Notes: generated by a model from the letters alone, not told the origin. DNA of 64,000 bases from Patescibacteria group bacterium (GCA_022562395.1 JADFPI010000001.1:1456-65455), one strand, 5' to 3'. Counted from the stretch's first letter, positions 27,879 through 38,655 are shown. Made by a program: numbers and translations.

Positions 27879-28166
27879 ATGAAATTGTTACCGCTACTGA
27901 CAGAAAAAAGCTTAAATGAAGCCAAGAAAGGCAACTATACTTTTTGGGTAGATATGGGTATGAATAAGGCCCAAATCAAAAAAGCCGTAGAAGAAATTTT
28001 TGGCGTAAACGTTGGTCGGGTGCGGACAATGAATTATAAAGGACGACGCGAAAAAGATTCTAAAGGGAGAATTCGTAGGATTTCTCCAAGAAAAAAAGCA
28101 ATGGTGACCGTTGGCGAAAAAGAAAAAATCGATTTGTTTGAGACAGAAACTAAAAAGAAAAAATAA
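27879..28166 (+). CDS. rplW: 50S ribosomal protein L23
   Basis: Family match and synteny. Confidence 0.93.
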   Translation: MKLLPLLTEKSLNEAKKGNYTFWVDMGMNKAQIKKAVEEIFGVNVGRVRTMNYKGRREKDSKGRIRRISPRKKAMVTVGEKEKIDLFETETKKKK

Positions 28167-28243
28167 GCGAAGCTTGCGACTACGTTTACAGCAACGCTGT
28201 ACGGCTTCGTTGTAAAGCAAAGCTTGTTTTTCGTAAACTCAAA

Positions 28244-28996
28244 ATGAAAAGTTTGACGACAATTTTACCTAAAAAAGCAGGCCGTTCTGGCGGCAAGATT
28301 ACCGTTCGGCACAGAGGAGGTAGGAGAAAGAGAAGGTTGAGAGAAGTTGACTTTAAAAGAGGCAAGAGAGACGTTTGGGGAAGGGTTGAGCAGATTGAGT
28401 ATTCGCCAAATAGAAATGCAGAGCTTGCTCTGATTCTTTATGAAGACGGTGAGCGACGCTACATCTTGGCACCGGACACTCTAAAATTAGGACAAAAAAT
28501 TATTGCTTCTGAAAAAGCGCCGCTAGAAATTGGCAACGCCTTACCTCTTTCCAAAATACCGGTAGGTACAACAGTTCATAATATCGAAATAATGCCGGGT
28601 AAGGGAGGCCAGATTGTTAAGAGTGCAGGGGCAGCAGCAGTTATAAAAAGCAAAGAAGACGGATTTGTGGTCGTTCGTTTGCCTTCGAGCGAACTAAGGA
28701 GGTTTAGGCCTGAGTGTTTTGTAACCCTTGGTCAAGTGGGAAGAGTTGAGGCAAGAACACAAAAACTGGGAAAAGCCGGTAGAAAAAGAAGAATGGGTAT
28801 TAGGCCCACGGTTCGTGGAGTAGCAATGCATCCGGGAGCTCATCCTCACGGAGGAGGAGAGGGAAGAAGTGGAGTTGGCCTTAAATATCCTAAAACAGTT
28901 TATGGTAAACCTGCCGTAGGAAAAACTAGGAAGAAAGGCAAATACTCTGATAAGTTAGTTGTTAAAGCAAGAAAGAAAGGCCCACATGTGGGATAA
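28244..28996 (+). CDS. rplB: 50S ribosomal protein L2
   Basis: GRRKRRLREVDFKR...MHPGAHPHGGGEG. Confidence 0.95.
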   Translation: MKSLTTILPKKAGRSGGKITVRHRGGRRKRRLREVDFKRGKRDVWGRVEQIEYSPNRNAELALILYEDGERRYILAPDTLKLGQKIIASEKAPLEIGNALPLSKIPVGTTVHNIEIMPGKGGQIVKSAGAAAVIKSKEDGFVVVRLPSSELRRFRPECFVTLGQVGRVEARTQKLGKAGRKRRMGIRPTVRGVAMHPGAHPHGGGEGRSGVGLKYPKTVYGKPAVGKTRKKGKYSDKLVVKARKKGPHVG

Positions 28997-29023
28997 GCCT
29001 GAGCTAAGCTCATGAAATTCCAA

Positions 29024-29122
29024 ATTCCAAATGGCAAATTCCAAATGGTTCGACAAGCTCACCATCCTGAGCAAAGTCGAAGGACAAATTCAAATAACCA
29101 AAGTCCAAAATTACAAATCAAT
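29024..29122. repeat. CAAATTCCAAATGG-type tandem repeats (rc of GGAAATT family) between rplB and rpsS
   Basis: gaaattccaaattccaaatggcaaattccaaatgg, then degenerate caaattcaaataaccaaagtccaaaattacaaatcaa. Confidence 0.7.
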
Positions 29123-29145
29123 ATATTTGAGACAGTAAAAAGAGA

Positions 29146-29427
29146 ATGAGTAGAAGCAGCAAAAAAGGTCCCTATGTTGACGAGCGCCTTCTAAAGAGGG
29201 TAAAAGCAGGTATGGGAGAAAAAGGCAAGCCGATAAAGACTTGGGCGAGAAATAGCCAGATCCCACCGGAGTTTGTAGGAAAATATTTTGCCGTCCACAA
29301 CGGCAAAATATTCATTGAGGTTTTTGTTACCGAGGACATGGTTGGTCACAGACTGGGGGAATTTGCGCCGACTAGGACGTTTCGTGGACACGGACAAGTG
29401 GTCAAAAGGATAATCGAAAAGACATAA
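29146..29427 (+). CDS. rpsS: 30S ribosomal protein S19
   Basis: Family match. Confidence 0.95.
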   Translation: MSRSSKKGPYVDERLLKRVKAGMGEKGKPIKTWARNSQIPPEFVGKYFAVHNGKIFIEVFVTEDMVGHRLGEFAPTRTFRGHGQVVKRIIEKT

Positions 29428-29478
29428 GGAGGAAATAAGAACCTGCGCTGCGCGCAGAGCCTTGTTTCCATACCGCGT

Positions 29479-29979
29479 ATGGAAATAAAAGCGATACAGA
29501 AGTTTGTTAGAATGTCGCCTAGAAAACTAAGGCTAGTGGCTTCTTTAGTTAATAAATTGCCGCCGACAAAGGCAGTTGAAACACTACCCCACACGGGTAA
29601 AAGAGCAGCCGAGCCTCTTGCCAAAGTCATTCAGTCGGCTATATCAAATGCCAAAAATAAAGGTGTTTCAGAGAGCGATTTAGTTTTTAAGGAAATTCAA
29701 ATAAACGATGGACCGAGACTGAAAAGGGGAAGGCCGGTCGGGCATGGACGTTTCCATCCCTACAAGAAAAGAATGAGCCATATCCGTGTTGTCTTAATGA
29801 CTAAAGAGCCCGAAGCGATAAAGGAAGCCAGAAAGAAAATTGAAAAGAAGGCAGAAATAGAGAAAGAAAAGGAAAAAATAGAGTTAAAGTCAAAATCAGA
29901 ACCCAAGAAACCTAAAAAAGGAGTTAAAATTTTGAAAAAGTTGGCCGGCAAGATTACAAAAAGAAAGGAGGAAAACTAG
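29479..29979 (+). CDS. rplV: 50S ribosomal protein L22 with a K/E-rich C-terminal extension
   Basis: Family match plus an extension. Confidence 0.93.
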   Translation: MEIKAIQKFVRMSPRKLRLVASLVNKLPPTKAVETLPHTGKRAAEPLAKVIQSAISNAKNKGVSESDLVFKEIQINDGPRLKRGRPVGHGRFHPYKKRMSHIRVVLMTKEPEAIKEARKKIEKKAEIEKEKEKIELKSKSEPKKPKKGVKILKKLAGKITKRKEEN

Positions 29980-30012
29980 ACGCTAAACACTAAGCGCTAG
30001 ACCCTAGTTAAT

Positions 30013-30672
30013 ATGGGACAAAAAGTAAATCCAGTAGGTTTTAGAGTAGGGATATTCCTTCCTTGGAAGTCACGTTGGTTTGCAGACGACGGGTCTTACA
30101 AAGATTTGCTTTTAGAAGATATTAAGATTCGAAAAGCGCTTATGCAAAAACTGAAACTTGCTGGAATAACCGACGTAGAAATCGAGAGACTGCCAAAAAA
30201 TATGGCCATAACGATGACCGTTTCCAGACCGGGAGTAGTGATTGGCAGAGGTGGAAGTGGAATCGAGGATGTTAAAAAGTTTGTTTTGGACATTATTCAA
30301 AAAACGCGCGGTTTAAAACAAAAGGAACTGAAGGATTTAAAAATAGACTTAAGGGTAAATGAGCTGAAAAACCCCGAGCTTTCGGCTCAGCTTGTGGCGG
30401 TAAGAATTGCATCAGAGTTTGAGCGCAGACTCCCCCACAGAAGAGTAATTGCCTGGGCAATAGAGCGAGTTATGCAGGCAGGAGCAAAGGGAATTAAAGT
30501 GGTTTTGTCCGGAAGAATTGCCGGCGCAGAAATTGCAAGAACAGAAAAATATCACAAAGGTTCTGTCCCAACTCAGGTTTTAAGAGCAGAGATCGATTAT
30601 GCACAAGTTCCGGCTCTTCTTAAAAGAGGATACGTGGGTATTAAAGTTTGGATACACAAGGAGAAAGAGTAA
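30013..30672 (+). CDS. rpsC: 30S ribosomal protein S3
   Basis: KH domain and S3 C-terminal motifs. Confidence 0.95.
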   Translation: MGQKVNPVGFRVGIFLPWKSRWFADDGSYKDLLLEDIKIRKALMQKLKLAGITDVEIERLPKNMAITMTVSRPGVVIGRGGSGIEDVKKFVLDIIQKTRGLKQKELKDLKIDLRVNELKNPELSAQLVAVRIASEFERRLPHRRVIAWAIERVMQAGAKGIKVVLSGRIAGAEIARTEKYHKGSVPTQVLRAEIDYAQVPALLKRGYVGIKVWIHKEKE

Positions 30673-30678
30673 AAGACC

Positions 30679-31089
30679 ATGTTACAGCCAAAAAAGCAAA
30701 AGTATAGAAAATCATTTCGCGGAAGAAGAAAGGGCAGGTCACATCGAGGAGCCACTGTGGCGTTTGGAGAATACGGATTAAAGGCATTAGGACGTGGTTG
30801 GCTCACCGGAGCACAAATAGAAGCTGCGCGCCGGGCGATAACCAGAAGTATAAAAAGGGGCGGGAAGGTTTGGATAAGAGTTTTTCCGGATAAGCCTGTT
30901 ACGGCAAGGCCGTCTGGACAGAGAATGGGAGGAGGAAAAGGCGAAGTAGAAAAGTTTGTATTTACAGTGACTCCCGGACGCGTGCTGTTTGAAATTGCAG
31001 GAGTCGCCGAAGAATTGGTCAAGGAGGCTTTTGGGAAGGCTGCTACAAAGCTTCCCTTCAAAACAAAAATTGTTAGTAGAGAAGGTTAG
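30679..31089 (+). CDS. rplP: 50S ribosomal protein L16
   Basis: Family match. Confidence 0.95.
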   Translation: MLQPKKQKYRKSFRGRRKGRSHRGATVAFGEYGLKALGRGWLTGAQIEAARRAITRSIKRGGKVWIRVFPDKPVTARPSGQRMGGGKGEVEKFVFTVTPGRVLFEIAGVAEELVKEAFGKAATKLPFKTKIVSREG

Positions 31090-31092
31090 TCT

Positions 31093-31350
31093 ATGAAAAA
31101 AAACGATTTAAATTCATTAAGGGCGAAAACTGTTGCCGAGCTTAGAAAAGAGGCAGCCAAGAGGCAAGTCGAGTTATCGAGCTTTTATGCCAAGATAAAA
31201 GCAGGGCAGGAGAAAAATTTGAAAAGGGCTAAAAACGCAAGACGCGACCTCGCCCAGATATTGACATTGATTCGCCAAAAAGAATTATTAGAACAAAGGG
31301 CAGAGAACAAAGAACACAGGAAGAGAGAGGAGACTGAAAAGAGCCCATGA
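31093..31350 (+). CDS. rpmC: 50S ribosomal protein L29
   Basis: Family match. Confidence 0.9.
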   Translation: MKKNDLNSLRAKTVAELRKEAAKRQVELSSFYAKIKAGQEKNLKRAKNARRDLAQILTLIRQKELLEQRAENKEHRKREETEKSP

Positions 31351-31619
31351 AAGTTTTTATCGGTAAAGTAGTCAGTAAAAAGATGGATAAAACAGCCACC
31401 GTAATGGTTGAAAGAGTGGTTGTGCACCCAATTTATCTCAAAAGATACAAAAGAACTAAAAAATATCAGATACACGATGAATTAGGGACAAATGTTGGAG
31501 ACAAAGTTAAGTTTTCTGCTAGTAAACCTTACAGCAAATTAAAAAGGTGGAAGATAGTTGAGATAGTAAAGGTCGATAAGAAACTGACTAAAAGTGGGAA
31601 GAAAAGGAGCAAAAAGTGA
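31347..31619 (+). CDS. rpsQ: 30S ribosomal protein S17
   Basis: Family match. Confidence 0.93.
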   Translation: MKVFIGKVVSKKMDKTATVMVERVVVHPIYLKRYKRTKKYQIHDELGTNVGDKVKFSASKPYSKLKRWKIVEIVKVDKKLTKSGKKRSKK

Positions 31620-31981
31620 TTCAACTAAGAAGTGTGCTAAAGCCAGCAGATAACTCAGGAGCAAAAAAGCTTTTGGTCATCGGTATTTCTACTAAGATCG
31701 GCAAGAAAGCAAGTATTGGAGACGTTGTCACTTGTGTAGTACGTGGGTCAGACCCCGCGGGAGTGGTAGAGAACAAAGAAAAAGTAAAGGCTCTAATTGT
31801 TAGAACAAAAAAGGAAATTAGACGCAAGGATGGTAGTTATGTAAGATTTGACGACAACGCGGCAGTTGTTATTAATAAACAGGGCTTGCCGCGCGGGACC
31901 AGGATTCTTGGGCCGGTGGCTAGGGAAGTCAAAGAGGCTGGTTATAACAAAATTGCGTCGCTTGCTCGTGAAGTTGTTTAA
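31616..31981 (+). CDS. rplN: 50S ribosomal protein L14
   Basis: Family match. Confidence 0.95.
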   Translation: MIQLRSVLKPADNSGAKKLLVIGISTKIGKKASIGDVVTCVVRGSDPAGVVENKEKVKALIVRTKKEIRRKDGSYVRFDDNAAVVINKQGLPRGTRILGPVAREVKEAGYNKIASLAREVV

Positions 31982-31986
31982 AAAAT

Positions 31987-32307
31987 ATGCACAAATTTAA
32001 AGTTGGCGATACGGTAAAAGTAACCTTGGGCAAAGACAGGGATCGTGAAGGAAAGATTGAAAAAATTTTTCCCCAAAAAGACTCGGTTTTAATTCATGGA
32101 ATCAATATTTATAAAAAGCATGTAAAAGGAATTCAAGGCAAAAAGGGAGGAATTTATGATATACCAAGACCTTTATCTTTTGCCAAGATTACCCTTGTTT
32201 GTCCAAAGTGTAAAAAGGCAACAAGAGTAGGTTTTAGGATGACGGGTAAAGAAAAGTCAAGAGTTTGTAAAAAATGCGGAAGAGAAATTGATACGAGAAA
32301 GAAGTGA
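31987..32307 (+). CDS. rplX: 50S ribosomal protein L24, C4 zinc-ribbon variant
   Basis: KOW motif KVGDTVKVTLGKDRDREGKI. The C-terminus LVCPKCKKATRVGFRMTGKEKSRVCKKCGRE (CxxC...CxxC) aligns to the normally Cys-free L24 tail. Confidence 0.9.
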   Translation: MHKFKVGDTVKVTLGKDRDREGKIEKIFPQKDSVLIHGINIYKKHVKGIQGKKGGIYDIPRPLSFAKITLVCPKCKKATRVGFRMTGKEKSRVCKKCGREIDTRKK

Positions 32308-32333
32308 GAAGTGCAAGGTGAGAAGCTAGATTT

Positions 32334-32894
32334 TTGAACATGAGTAGATTAAAGGAAAAGTACGAAAAAGAAATCGCCCCTAAGCTTGCCAAAGAGCTTG
32401 GGATCGAAAATGTTAACGACGTTCCTAAAGTTACCAAGATAGTTGTTAATTCAGGTATTGGCGAAATAGCAAAAGACAAGGGAGCAATTGAGGATTATGC
32501 TAAAGAACTCTCGGTTATTTTGGGACAAAGGCCTGCCATCCGGCAAGCCAAGGTGTCAGAAGCAGGATTTAACTTAAGGGCCGGGATGCCGGTCGGGTTG
32601 AAGGTGACCCTAAGAGGAAAACGTATGTATGAATTTCTAGACAGGCTTATTTCAATAACTCTGCCACGATTAAGAGATTTCAGAGGTTTGTCTTTGAAAA
32701 GCTTTGACAAAGGCGGTAATTATACGATTGGAATATCAGACCATACCGTTTTTCCAGAGCTTGACTTGGGCAAGGTGGGCAAGCCAAGAGGTTTTGAAAT
32801 AACAATTGTAACCAAAAGCAGAAACCCAAAGGAATCTAAAAGATTGCTGGAGCTTATGGGAATGCCGTTTGAGAAACACGAAAACACAAAATGA
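32334..32894 (+). CDS. rplE: 50S ribosomal protein L5
   Basis: Family match. Confidence 0.95.
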   Translation: MNMSRLKEKYEKEIAPKLAKELGIENVNDVPKVTKIVVNSGIGEIAKDKGAIEDYAKELSVILGQRPAIRQAKVSEAGFNLRAGMPVGLKVTLRGKRMYEFLDRLISITLPRLRDFRGLSLKSFDKGGNYTIGISDHTVFPELDLGKVGKPRGFEITIVTKSRNPKESKRLLELMGMPFEKHENTK

Positions 32895-32925
32895 ACACAG
32901 GAGACAACTTAATGTTTTTAGATTA

Positions 32926-32946
32926 CAAATTTGCGAAGCAAATTTG
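32926..32946 (+). promoter_or_regulatory. Hairpin CAAATTTGC-gaa-GCAAATTTG in the rplE-rpsN gap
   Basis: 9-bp perfect stem with no U-run. Confidence 0.35.
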
Positions 32947-33019
32947 AGAGGAGTTGTCGGCTGAAAGCTGAAGGTTCCGAGGTTGACGAGGAACGGAAAG
33001 CCTAAGCCGAACAAGGACG

Positions 33020-33205
33020 ATGGCTAGGAAAGCAAAAGTAGTAAGAGAAAAGAAAAAACTAAGGTACAAAACACGCTATATGAATAGATGCCAACTCTGT
33101 GGGAGGCCGCGTGGTTACATGAGGCGTTTTGGATTGTGTAGGCTTTGTTTTAGGGAACACGCGCATAGGGCAGAAATCCCCGGTGTAAAAAAGGCGAGTT
33201 GGTAA
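33020..33205 (+). CDS. rpsN: 30S ribosomal protein S14, zinc-binding (Z) type
   Basis: 61 aa with [23 protein letters not shown]. Confidence 0.93.
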   Translation: MARKAKVVREKKKLRYKTRYMNRCQLCGRPRGYMRRFGLCRLCFREHAHRAEIPGVKKASW

Positions 33206-33212
33206 CCTTACT

Positions 33213-33239
33213 CGCACTTTCTTTGGGAAAGAAAGTGCG
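33213..33239 (+). promoter_or_regulatory. Strong hairpin CGCACTTTCTTT-ggg-AAAGAAAGTGCG immediately upstream of rpsH
   Basis: 12-bp perfect stem with a 3-nt loop and no U-run. It lies 23 nt before the rpsH ATG. Confidence 0.45.
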
Positions 33240-33262
33240 GCAAAGAAAAGAGAAGGAAAGTT

Positions 33263-33700
33263 ATGGTAAAGGAAAAATCTAAAAAACAAAAAGGTAGGCA
33301 AAAGACTACCAAAAGAATTGGAAGCTTAGGCTATCCGGTAGGTGATTTTTTGATTAGAGTTAAAAATGCAGCTCTTGCGTACAACAAAGAAATTGAAGTT
33401 GACAAGACAAAATATATCGAGGCGGTAGCAAAGGTTCTAAAAGAGGAAGGCTTTGTTGACGAAGTAAAGGTATCCGGAGAAAAACTTAAAGTCAGACTTG
33501 CATATCAAAAAAAAGAGCCGGTCATGTTAGGCTTGAAGCTTATATCTAAACCAGGCCTGAGAATTTACTCGGATGTTAAAGCGATTGAGAATAGAAAGGG
33601 ACCGTCTGTTTTGATTATTTCTACCCCGAGGGGGGTGGTGTCTACTCGCCGAGCCCTGAAGCTACGTGTCGGCGGAGAAGTTATCGCAAAAATATGGTAA
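33263..33700 (+). CDS. rpsH: 30S ribosomal protein S8 (with a ~20-aa basic N-terminal extension)
   Basis: Family match from YPVGDFLIRVKNAAL onward. Confidence 0.92.
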   Translation: MVKEKSKKQKGRQKTTKRIGSLGYPVGDFLIRVKNAALAYNKEIEVDKTKYIEAVAKVLKEEGFVDEVKVSGEKLKVRLAYQKKEPVMLGLKLISKPGLRIYSDVKAIENRKGPSVLIISTPRGVVSTRRALKLRVGGEVIAKIW

Positions 33701-33724
33701 CCGAAAAGAAAGTACGAGTAGGTT

Positions 33725-34276
33725 ATGAGCAGAATAGGTAAACAACCAATAGAATTGCCCTCCGGCGTTAGCGTCGAGGTTTCTGGTAAGGTAGTTTTCG
33801 TCAGAGGACCCAAAGGGTCCTTAGATAAAAAGTTGCCGGATGGAATTGAAGTTGTGGTTAAAAACTCCGAAGTTAAAGTGGAAAAGAAAAAAAATACTTT
33901 AAAAACCAAAGCTTTACACGGGACGCTTCGGGCGTTAATTAATAACATGGTACGAGGAGTATCCGAGGGTTGGACTAAGGAACTTGAGTTAGTTGGTACG
34001 GGTTATCGAGCAGAAGCCGTCGGTCCCGACCTCGTTCTTAATGTCGGCTATTCTCATTCTGTAAAAATCCAAGCTCCTGAGGGAATATTTTTCAAAGTGC
34101 AAAAGACAGAAATAATAATTGAGGGGGTCGATAAAGAATTAGTTGGTCAAATTGCTGCAAAAATCAGGGCAGTTAGACCACCCGAACCCTACAAAGGCAA
34201 AGGAATAAAGTATAAAGATGAGGTTATTAGAAGAAAGCCGGGCAAGGCTGCAAAAGGAGAAGGGGCAACAGTATGA
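33725..34276 (+). CDS. rplF: 50S ribosomal protein L6
   Basis: Family match. Confidence 0.95.
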   Translation: MSRIGKQPIELPSGVSVEVSGKVVFVRGPKGSLDKKLPDGIEVVVKNSEVKVEKKKNTLKTKALHGTLRALINNMVRGVSEGWTKELELVGTGYRAEAVGPDLVLNVGYSHSVKIQAPEGIFFKVQKTEIIIEGVDKELVGQIAAKIRAVRPPEPYKGKGIKYKDEVIRRKPGKAAKGEGATV

Positions 34277-34638
34277 ACAAAACTAAGTCTAAGGGTGGAA
34301 GAGTGGCAAGGAGAAAACAAAGGACTCGCGCCAAAATTAAAGGTACGGCGGAGCGTCCCAGGCTTTCTGTTTTTCGCTCAAATAAACACGTTTATGCCCA
34401 GCTTATCGACGATACCAGGGGTGTTGTCTTACTCTCAGTTTCCGATAAAAAACTTGCAGAAAATAAAAAAGAGGGAAAGAAAAAGAAAGAGGTAGCCCAG
34501 ATGATTGGCGAGGCTATTGCCGAGAAGGCAAAAAAGAAAAAAATCAAAAAAGTCGTTTTTGATAGGGGTGCCTATAAGTATCACGGAAGGGTTGAGGCAG
34601 TTGCAGAGGGCGCTAGGAGAGGAGGGCTGAAATTTTAA
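34273..34638 (+). CDS. rplR: 50S ribosomal protein L18
   Basis: Family match. Confidence 0.93.
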   Translation: MNKTKSKGGRVARRKQRTRAKIKGTAERPRLSVFRSNKHVYAQLIDDTRGVVLLSVSDKKLAENKKEGKKKKEVAQMIGEAIAEKAKKKKIKKVVFDRGAYKYHGRVEAVAEGARRGGLKF

Positions 34639-35120
34639 TGTATCAGAGACAAAACGATCAGTTAAAAGAATATCAGGAAACGGTTGTTTCCATAAATAGA
34701 GTTTCCAAAAAGACAAAAGGTGGAAACCGAATGAGGTTTACGGCCTTGGTTGTGGTTGGTGATAAAAAGGGAAAGGTGGGGATTGCTCTTGCTAAGGCAC
34801 CGGACGTTCGTGGGGCAATTACCAAAGCATTCTATACCGCAAAAAGAAAGATGGTCAAAATTTCTCTAAGGGGCGGGACGATTCCATGCTCCGTCACCGA
34901 GAAGTACTCTGCGGCAAGGGTTTTGTTAAAACCCGCTCCTGCCGGAACGGGAATTATCGCAGGGGGCCCGATGCGAGTTGTCTTGGAAGCGGTAGGGGTA
35001 AGAGACGCTGTCGGAAAAATTTTGGGAACTAAAAATAAAATCTCAAATGTTTACGCGACCCTGAACGCTTTAAAGACAATAACCAAAATCGCCGAAAGAA
35101 AGGAAAGAAGGGAGAGATAA
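34638..35120 (+). CDS. rpsE: 30S ribosomal protein S5
   Basis: Family match. It is followed directly by rplO with no rpmD (L30) between them. Confidence 0.95.
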   Translation: MYQRQNDQLKEYQETVVSINRVSKKTKGGNRMRFTALVVVGDKKGKVGIALAKAPDVRGAITKAFYTAKRKMVKISLRGGTIPCSVTEKYSAARVLLKPAPAGTGIIAGGPMRVVLEAVGVRDAVGKILGTKNKISNVYATLNALKTITKIAERKERRER

Positions 35121-35594
35121 ATGCAAAAGAGTTTACCAAAGACTACGACAAAAAGAAAAAAAAGAGTGGGTAGAGGATATGGTAGTGGTCGAGGAGGACA
35201 TACGGCAGGGCGCGGGCAAAAGGGTCAGAAATCGAGGACTAAGTTGGGCGTACTCTTCGAAGGGACAAAGATGAAGAAGTCTTTTATAAAAAGGCTTCCT
35301 TTAAGGCGCGGCAAGGGAAAGTTTAAAGCCAGGCAAAAACCCCTAATCGTCAAGCTTTCTTATTTGAATCTTTTACCAAACGGTGCAAAAGTTAATATAG
35401 AAACATTATCCAAAAATGGCATAGTTAAAGAGGCCGACGCAAAGGAAGCGGGTGTAAAAATTTTGGGCGGCGGGGATTTAAAGAAGAAGCTAATTGTGGA
35501 ATTGCCTATTTCCAAGTCCGCTGCAAAAAAAGTCGAAAAAGTCGGGGGTAAAGTGGTCAAAGAAAGCACTAAGTCAAGAAAGAAAAAAGCATAA
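35121..35594 (+). CDS. rplO: 50S ribosomal protein L15
   Basis: Family match. Confidence 0.95.
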   Translation: MQKSLPKTTTKRKKRVGRGYGSGRGGHTAGRGQKGQKSRTKLGVLFEGTKMKKSFIKRLPLRRGKGKFKARQKPLIVKLSYLNLLPNGAKVNIETLSKNGIVKEADAKEAGVKILGGGDLKKKLIVELPISKSAAKKVEKVGGKVVKESTKSRKKKA

Positions 35595-35597
35595 AAT

Positions 35598-36878
35598 ATG
35601 TTAACTTCAATAACTCAATTTTTCTCACGAGTTGCAAAGTCACCCGATATTATGAGAAAACTGGGAATTACGGCGGTAATACTTTTGGTTTTTAGAATTG
35701 TTGCTCACATCCCGGCAGCCGGAATTGACAGGGGCTCTCTTCAAGCACTTTTCCAAGGAAGCCCCTTGCTTTCCATGCTGGATATGTTTTCGGGGGGTAC
35801 TCTTGCCAACTTTTCGATTATGGCACTAGGGCTTGGGCCTTATATTAACGCCTCAATTATTTTTCAGCTTTTAACTTTTGTAGTTCCTTCTTTGGAGGAG
35901 CTTTCAAAAGAAGGAGAATTCGGCCGGGAAAGGATTAATCAATATACTAGATTTTTGACAGTTCCGCTGGCTTCGCTTCAAGCTTTTGGGATGTATACCC
36001 TTCTTAAAGGACAGGGCGTAATAGGTTCTATTCCGCCACTTTCGCTTTTGGCGCTTGTTCTAACTATGACTGCAGGGACAATCTTTGCCGTTTGGTTGGG
36101 TGAGCTAATCACAGAGTATGGAATAAGTAATGGCATCTCTTTTCTGATATTTGCGGGAATTGTTGCCCGCCTTCCTGTTACCCTCGGTCAGTCGATCAGT
36201 ATAATAAACCCCCAAGACCTCTTGAAGGTAGCTATGTTTTTAGTTTTGGCAGTCGTAATCATGGGGCTTATTGTTTTCATGAACGAGGCGACTCGACAGA
36301 TTCCTATAAACTATGCAAGACGAGCCAGGGGGGGGGCTGGTTCTTCTTCGTATCTTCCGTTAAGGCTCAATCAGGCTGGAGTAATTCCTATTATCTTTGC
36401 ATTGTCCTTAGTGCTTCTTCCTTCACTCGTGAGCCAGTATTTAGCCGGAGTAGGTAATCCGAATATAGCCCTCCTTGCAACAAAACTTGCCACCTCTTTT
36501 AATCCGCAGTCTTTTGTCTATAATGTAGTCTATTTTCTCTTGGTTTTTGGCTTCACCTATTTTTATACAGCCATTGTTTTTAACCCAGAAAAAATCGCCG
36601 AGAATTTGCAAAAAAATGGAGGTTTTATTCCCGGTATTCGACCCGGGAGTCAGACAACCAAGTATGTATCGCATGTTCTTAACAGAATTACGCTAGTTGG
36701 GGCTGCATTTTTAGGTCTCATTGCAATCCTTCCGTCTTTTTTCCAAAATACAATTGGGGTTGCCAATTTGGCCATAGGAGGAACCGGAATTTTAATTGTT
36801 GTGTCGGTTGTATTAGAAATAACTCGTGAACTCGAAGCCAAACTTGTTATGGGGAGGTATGAGGGATTATTGAGATGA
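35598..36878 (+). CDS. secY: preprotein translocase subunit SecY
   Basis: 10 TM segments and SecY motifs. Confidence 0.95.
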   Translation: MLTSITQFFSRVAKSPDIMRKLGITAVILLVFRIVAHIPAAGIDRGSLQALFQGSPLLSMLDMFSGGTLANFSIMALGLGPYINASIIFQLLTFVVPSLEELSKEGEFGRERINQYTRFLTVPLASLQAFGMYTLLKGQGVIGSIPPLSLLALVLTMTAGTIFAVWLGELITEYGISNGISFLIFAGIVARLPVTLGQSISIINPQDLLKVAMFLVLAVVIMGLIVFMNEATRQIPINYARRARGGAGSSSYLPLRLNQAGVIPIIFALSLVLLPSLVSQYLAGVGNPNIALLATKLATSFNPQSFVYNVVYFLLVFGFTYFYTAIVFNPEKIAENLQKNGGFIPGIRPGSQTTKYVSHVLNRITLVGAAFLGLIAILPSFFQNTIGVANLAIGGTGILIVVSVVLEITRELEAKLVMGRYEGLLR

Positions 36879-37513
36879 ATATAATAATATTAGGCCCATC
36901 TGGTTCTGGTAAGGGAACTCAGGCAAAACTGATCTGCAAGGAGTTGGGACTGAACTGTGTTTCAATGGGGGCGATATTAAGAAATGCGGCAAAAAATCGG
37001 CCCGATATTAATGAGCGGATTAACAAAAAAGGAGAACTAGTTCCAGATGAGATAACTTTTAGCGTGTTAAAGGATTATCTTGAGGGGAGGAAAATTTTTG
37101 ACGGTATTTTATTCGACGGTTATCCACGGTCTGTTAAGCAATATAATCTTTTGAAATCTTGGATTGGGAAGAGAGGCGGCCGACTTGATCTGGCGCTGCT
37201 TTTACAAATAAGCGACGAAGAGTCTGTAAGAAGACTTTCTGCTCGAAGAATAGATAAGAAGACCGGCGAAATCTATAATTTAATTACCGAGCCTCCACCC
37301 CAAAGCGTACTTTCAGCCAACCTTATTCAAAGGGATGACGACAAGCCAGAGGCTATTAGAAAACGCCTTCAGTGGTATAAAGACATGACTAATCCCTTGA
37401 CAAGAGTGTTAAAAGAAGAAGGGATTTTGATAGAGATTGACGGCGAGCGGCCTGTAAAAACTATTTTTGAAGACACAATGAGGAAACTCAAAGCAAAAGA
37501 TGGCAAAAAGTAA
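36875..37513 (+). CDS. adk: adenylate kinase
   Basis: [11 protein letters not shown]-loop. Confidence 0.93.
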   Translation: MNIIILGPSGSGKGTQAKLICKELGLNCVSMGAILRNAAKNRPDINERINKKGELVPDEITFSVLKDYLEGRKIFDGILFDGYPRSVKQYNLLKSWIGKRGGRLDLALLLQISDEESVRRLSARRIDKKTGEIYNLITEPPPQSVLSANLIQRDDDKPEAIRKRLQWYKDMTNPLTRVLKEEGILIEIDGERPVKTIFEDTMRKLKAKDGKK

Positions 37514-38264
37514 AATAAAAGTAAAGACCAAAAGAGAGATAGAAATTATGAAAGAAGGAGGTAAAAAACTGTCAAACATTAAAACAAAATTATCCAAAGC
37601 GATAAAGGGAGAAACAGACGCTGCAGAAATTGAGAAGATGGCAAATAAGTTAATAGAAGAAGCTGGAGGTAAGCCTTCTTTCAAAATGGTAGCAGGTTAT
37701 TCTTGGGCAACTTGTATTAATGTAAATGAGGGAGTTGTCCACGGAATTCCTAAAAAGGAAACAATTTTTTCAAAAGGAGACATTGTAAGTGTTGATGTAG
37801 GAATGTTTTATAAAGGATTTCATACCGATACCTCATTTACCGTTGGAATTTCGCCAAGCAAAGAGACGACTTTTTTTCTTATGTCTGGTAAAAAAGCTTT
37901 GGAGGCTGCTATAAAACAAGCAGACCTGGGAAGTCGGGTTTTTGATATATCAAAAGCAATACAGGTTAGTATTGAAAACTCTGGTTTTACGCCGGTTCGA
38001 GCACTGGTGGGTCACGGAATAGGTAGGGATTTGCACGAGGAGCCACAAATTCCTTGTTTTGTAAAGGGAGCGCGAAACCGCTCGCCCCTCTTGCCAGAAG
38101 GGGCAGTTTTAGCAATTGAGGTTATGTATACCAAGGGAACACCCAGCGTAACCGTTGTCGATGACGGATGGACAATTGAAACCTCTGATGGTAAAATGGC
38201 AGGGCTTTTTGAAGAGACCGTAGCTGTAACAGGCAACGGTCCTTTAGTTTTGACGACCAACTAG
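37500..38264 (+). CDS. map: methionine aminopeptidase type I
   Basis: Family match. Confidence 0.92.
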   Translation: MAKSKIKVKTKREIEIMKEGGKKLSNIKTKLSKAIKGETDAAEIEKMANKLIEEAGGKPSFKMVAGYSWATCINVNEGVVHGIPKKETIFSKGDIVSVDVGMFYKGFHTDTSFTVGISPSKETTFFLMSGKKALEAAIKQADLGSRVFDISKAIQVSIENSGFTPVRALVGHGIGRDLHEEPQIPCFVKGARNRSPLLPEGAVLAIEVMYTKGTPSVTVVDDGWTIETSDGKMAGLFEETVAVTGNGPLVLTTN

Positions 38265-38282
38265 TTTCTTTTCTGAATATCT

Positions 38283-38504
38283 ATGGTGAAAAATACAAAA
38301 AAGACAGAAAATTTTGACGGCGAAGTAACCGAAGCTTTGCCAAATACCATGTTTAGAGTAACCCTGAAAGATGGGAGAAAAATTTTGGCAATCTTAAAGG
38401 GAAGATTAAGGCGTCGATATGTACGAGTTTTTCCCGGAGACAAGGTTAAGGTTGAAATGACGCCGTATGATAAGGAGAGAGGAAGGATAATATATAAGTA
38501 TTAA
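38283..38504 (+). CDS. infA: translation initiation factor IF-1
   Basis: Family match. Confidence 0.93.
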   Translation: MVKNTKKTENFDGEVTEALPNTMFRVTLKDGRKILAILKGRLRRRYVRVFPGDKVKVEMTPYDKERGRIIYKY

Positions 38505-38522
38505 AAATACTAAATCTCAAGC

Positions 38523-38641
38523 GCCAAATTTCAAACAAATTCAAATGTCTAAAGCACAAAACTTAAAACAAACGAACCAGAATACATTTAAAATTTGAAT
38601 TTAGATATTGTTTGGAAATTGAAAATTGGAAATTGGTAATT
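38523..38641. repeat. GGAAATTG tandem repeats and a conserved 21-mer ttagatattgtttggaaattg upstream of rpmJ
   Basis: ggaaattgaaaattggaaattgg at 38614-38641. The 21-mer recurs at 42563-42583. Confidence 0.7.
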
Positions 38642-38655
38642 TAAGCGTAGCGCAT

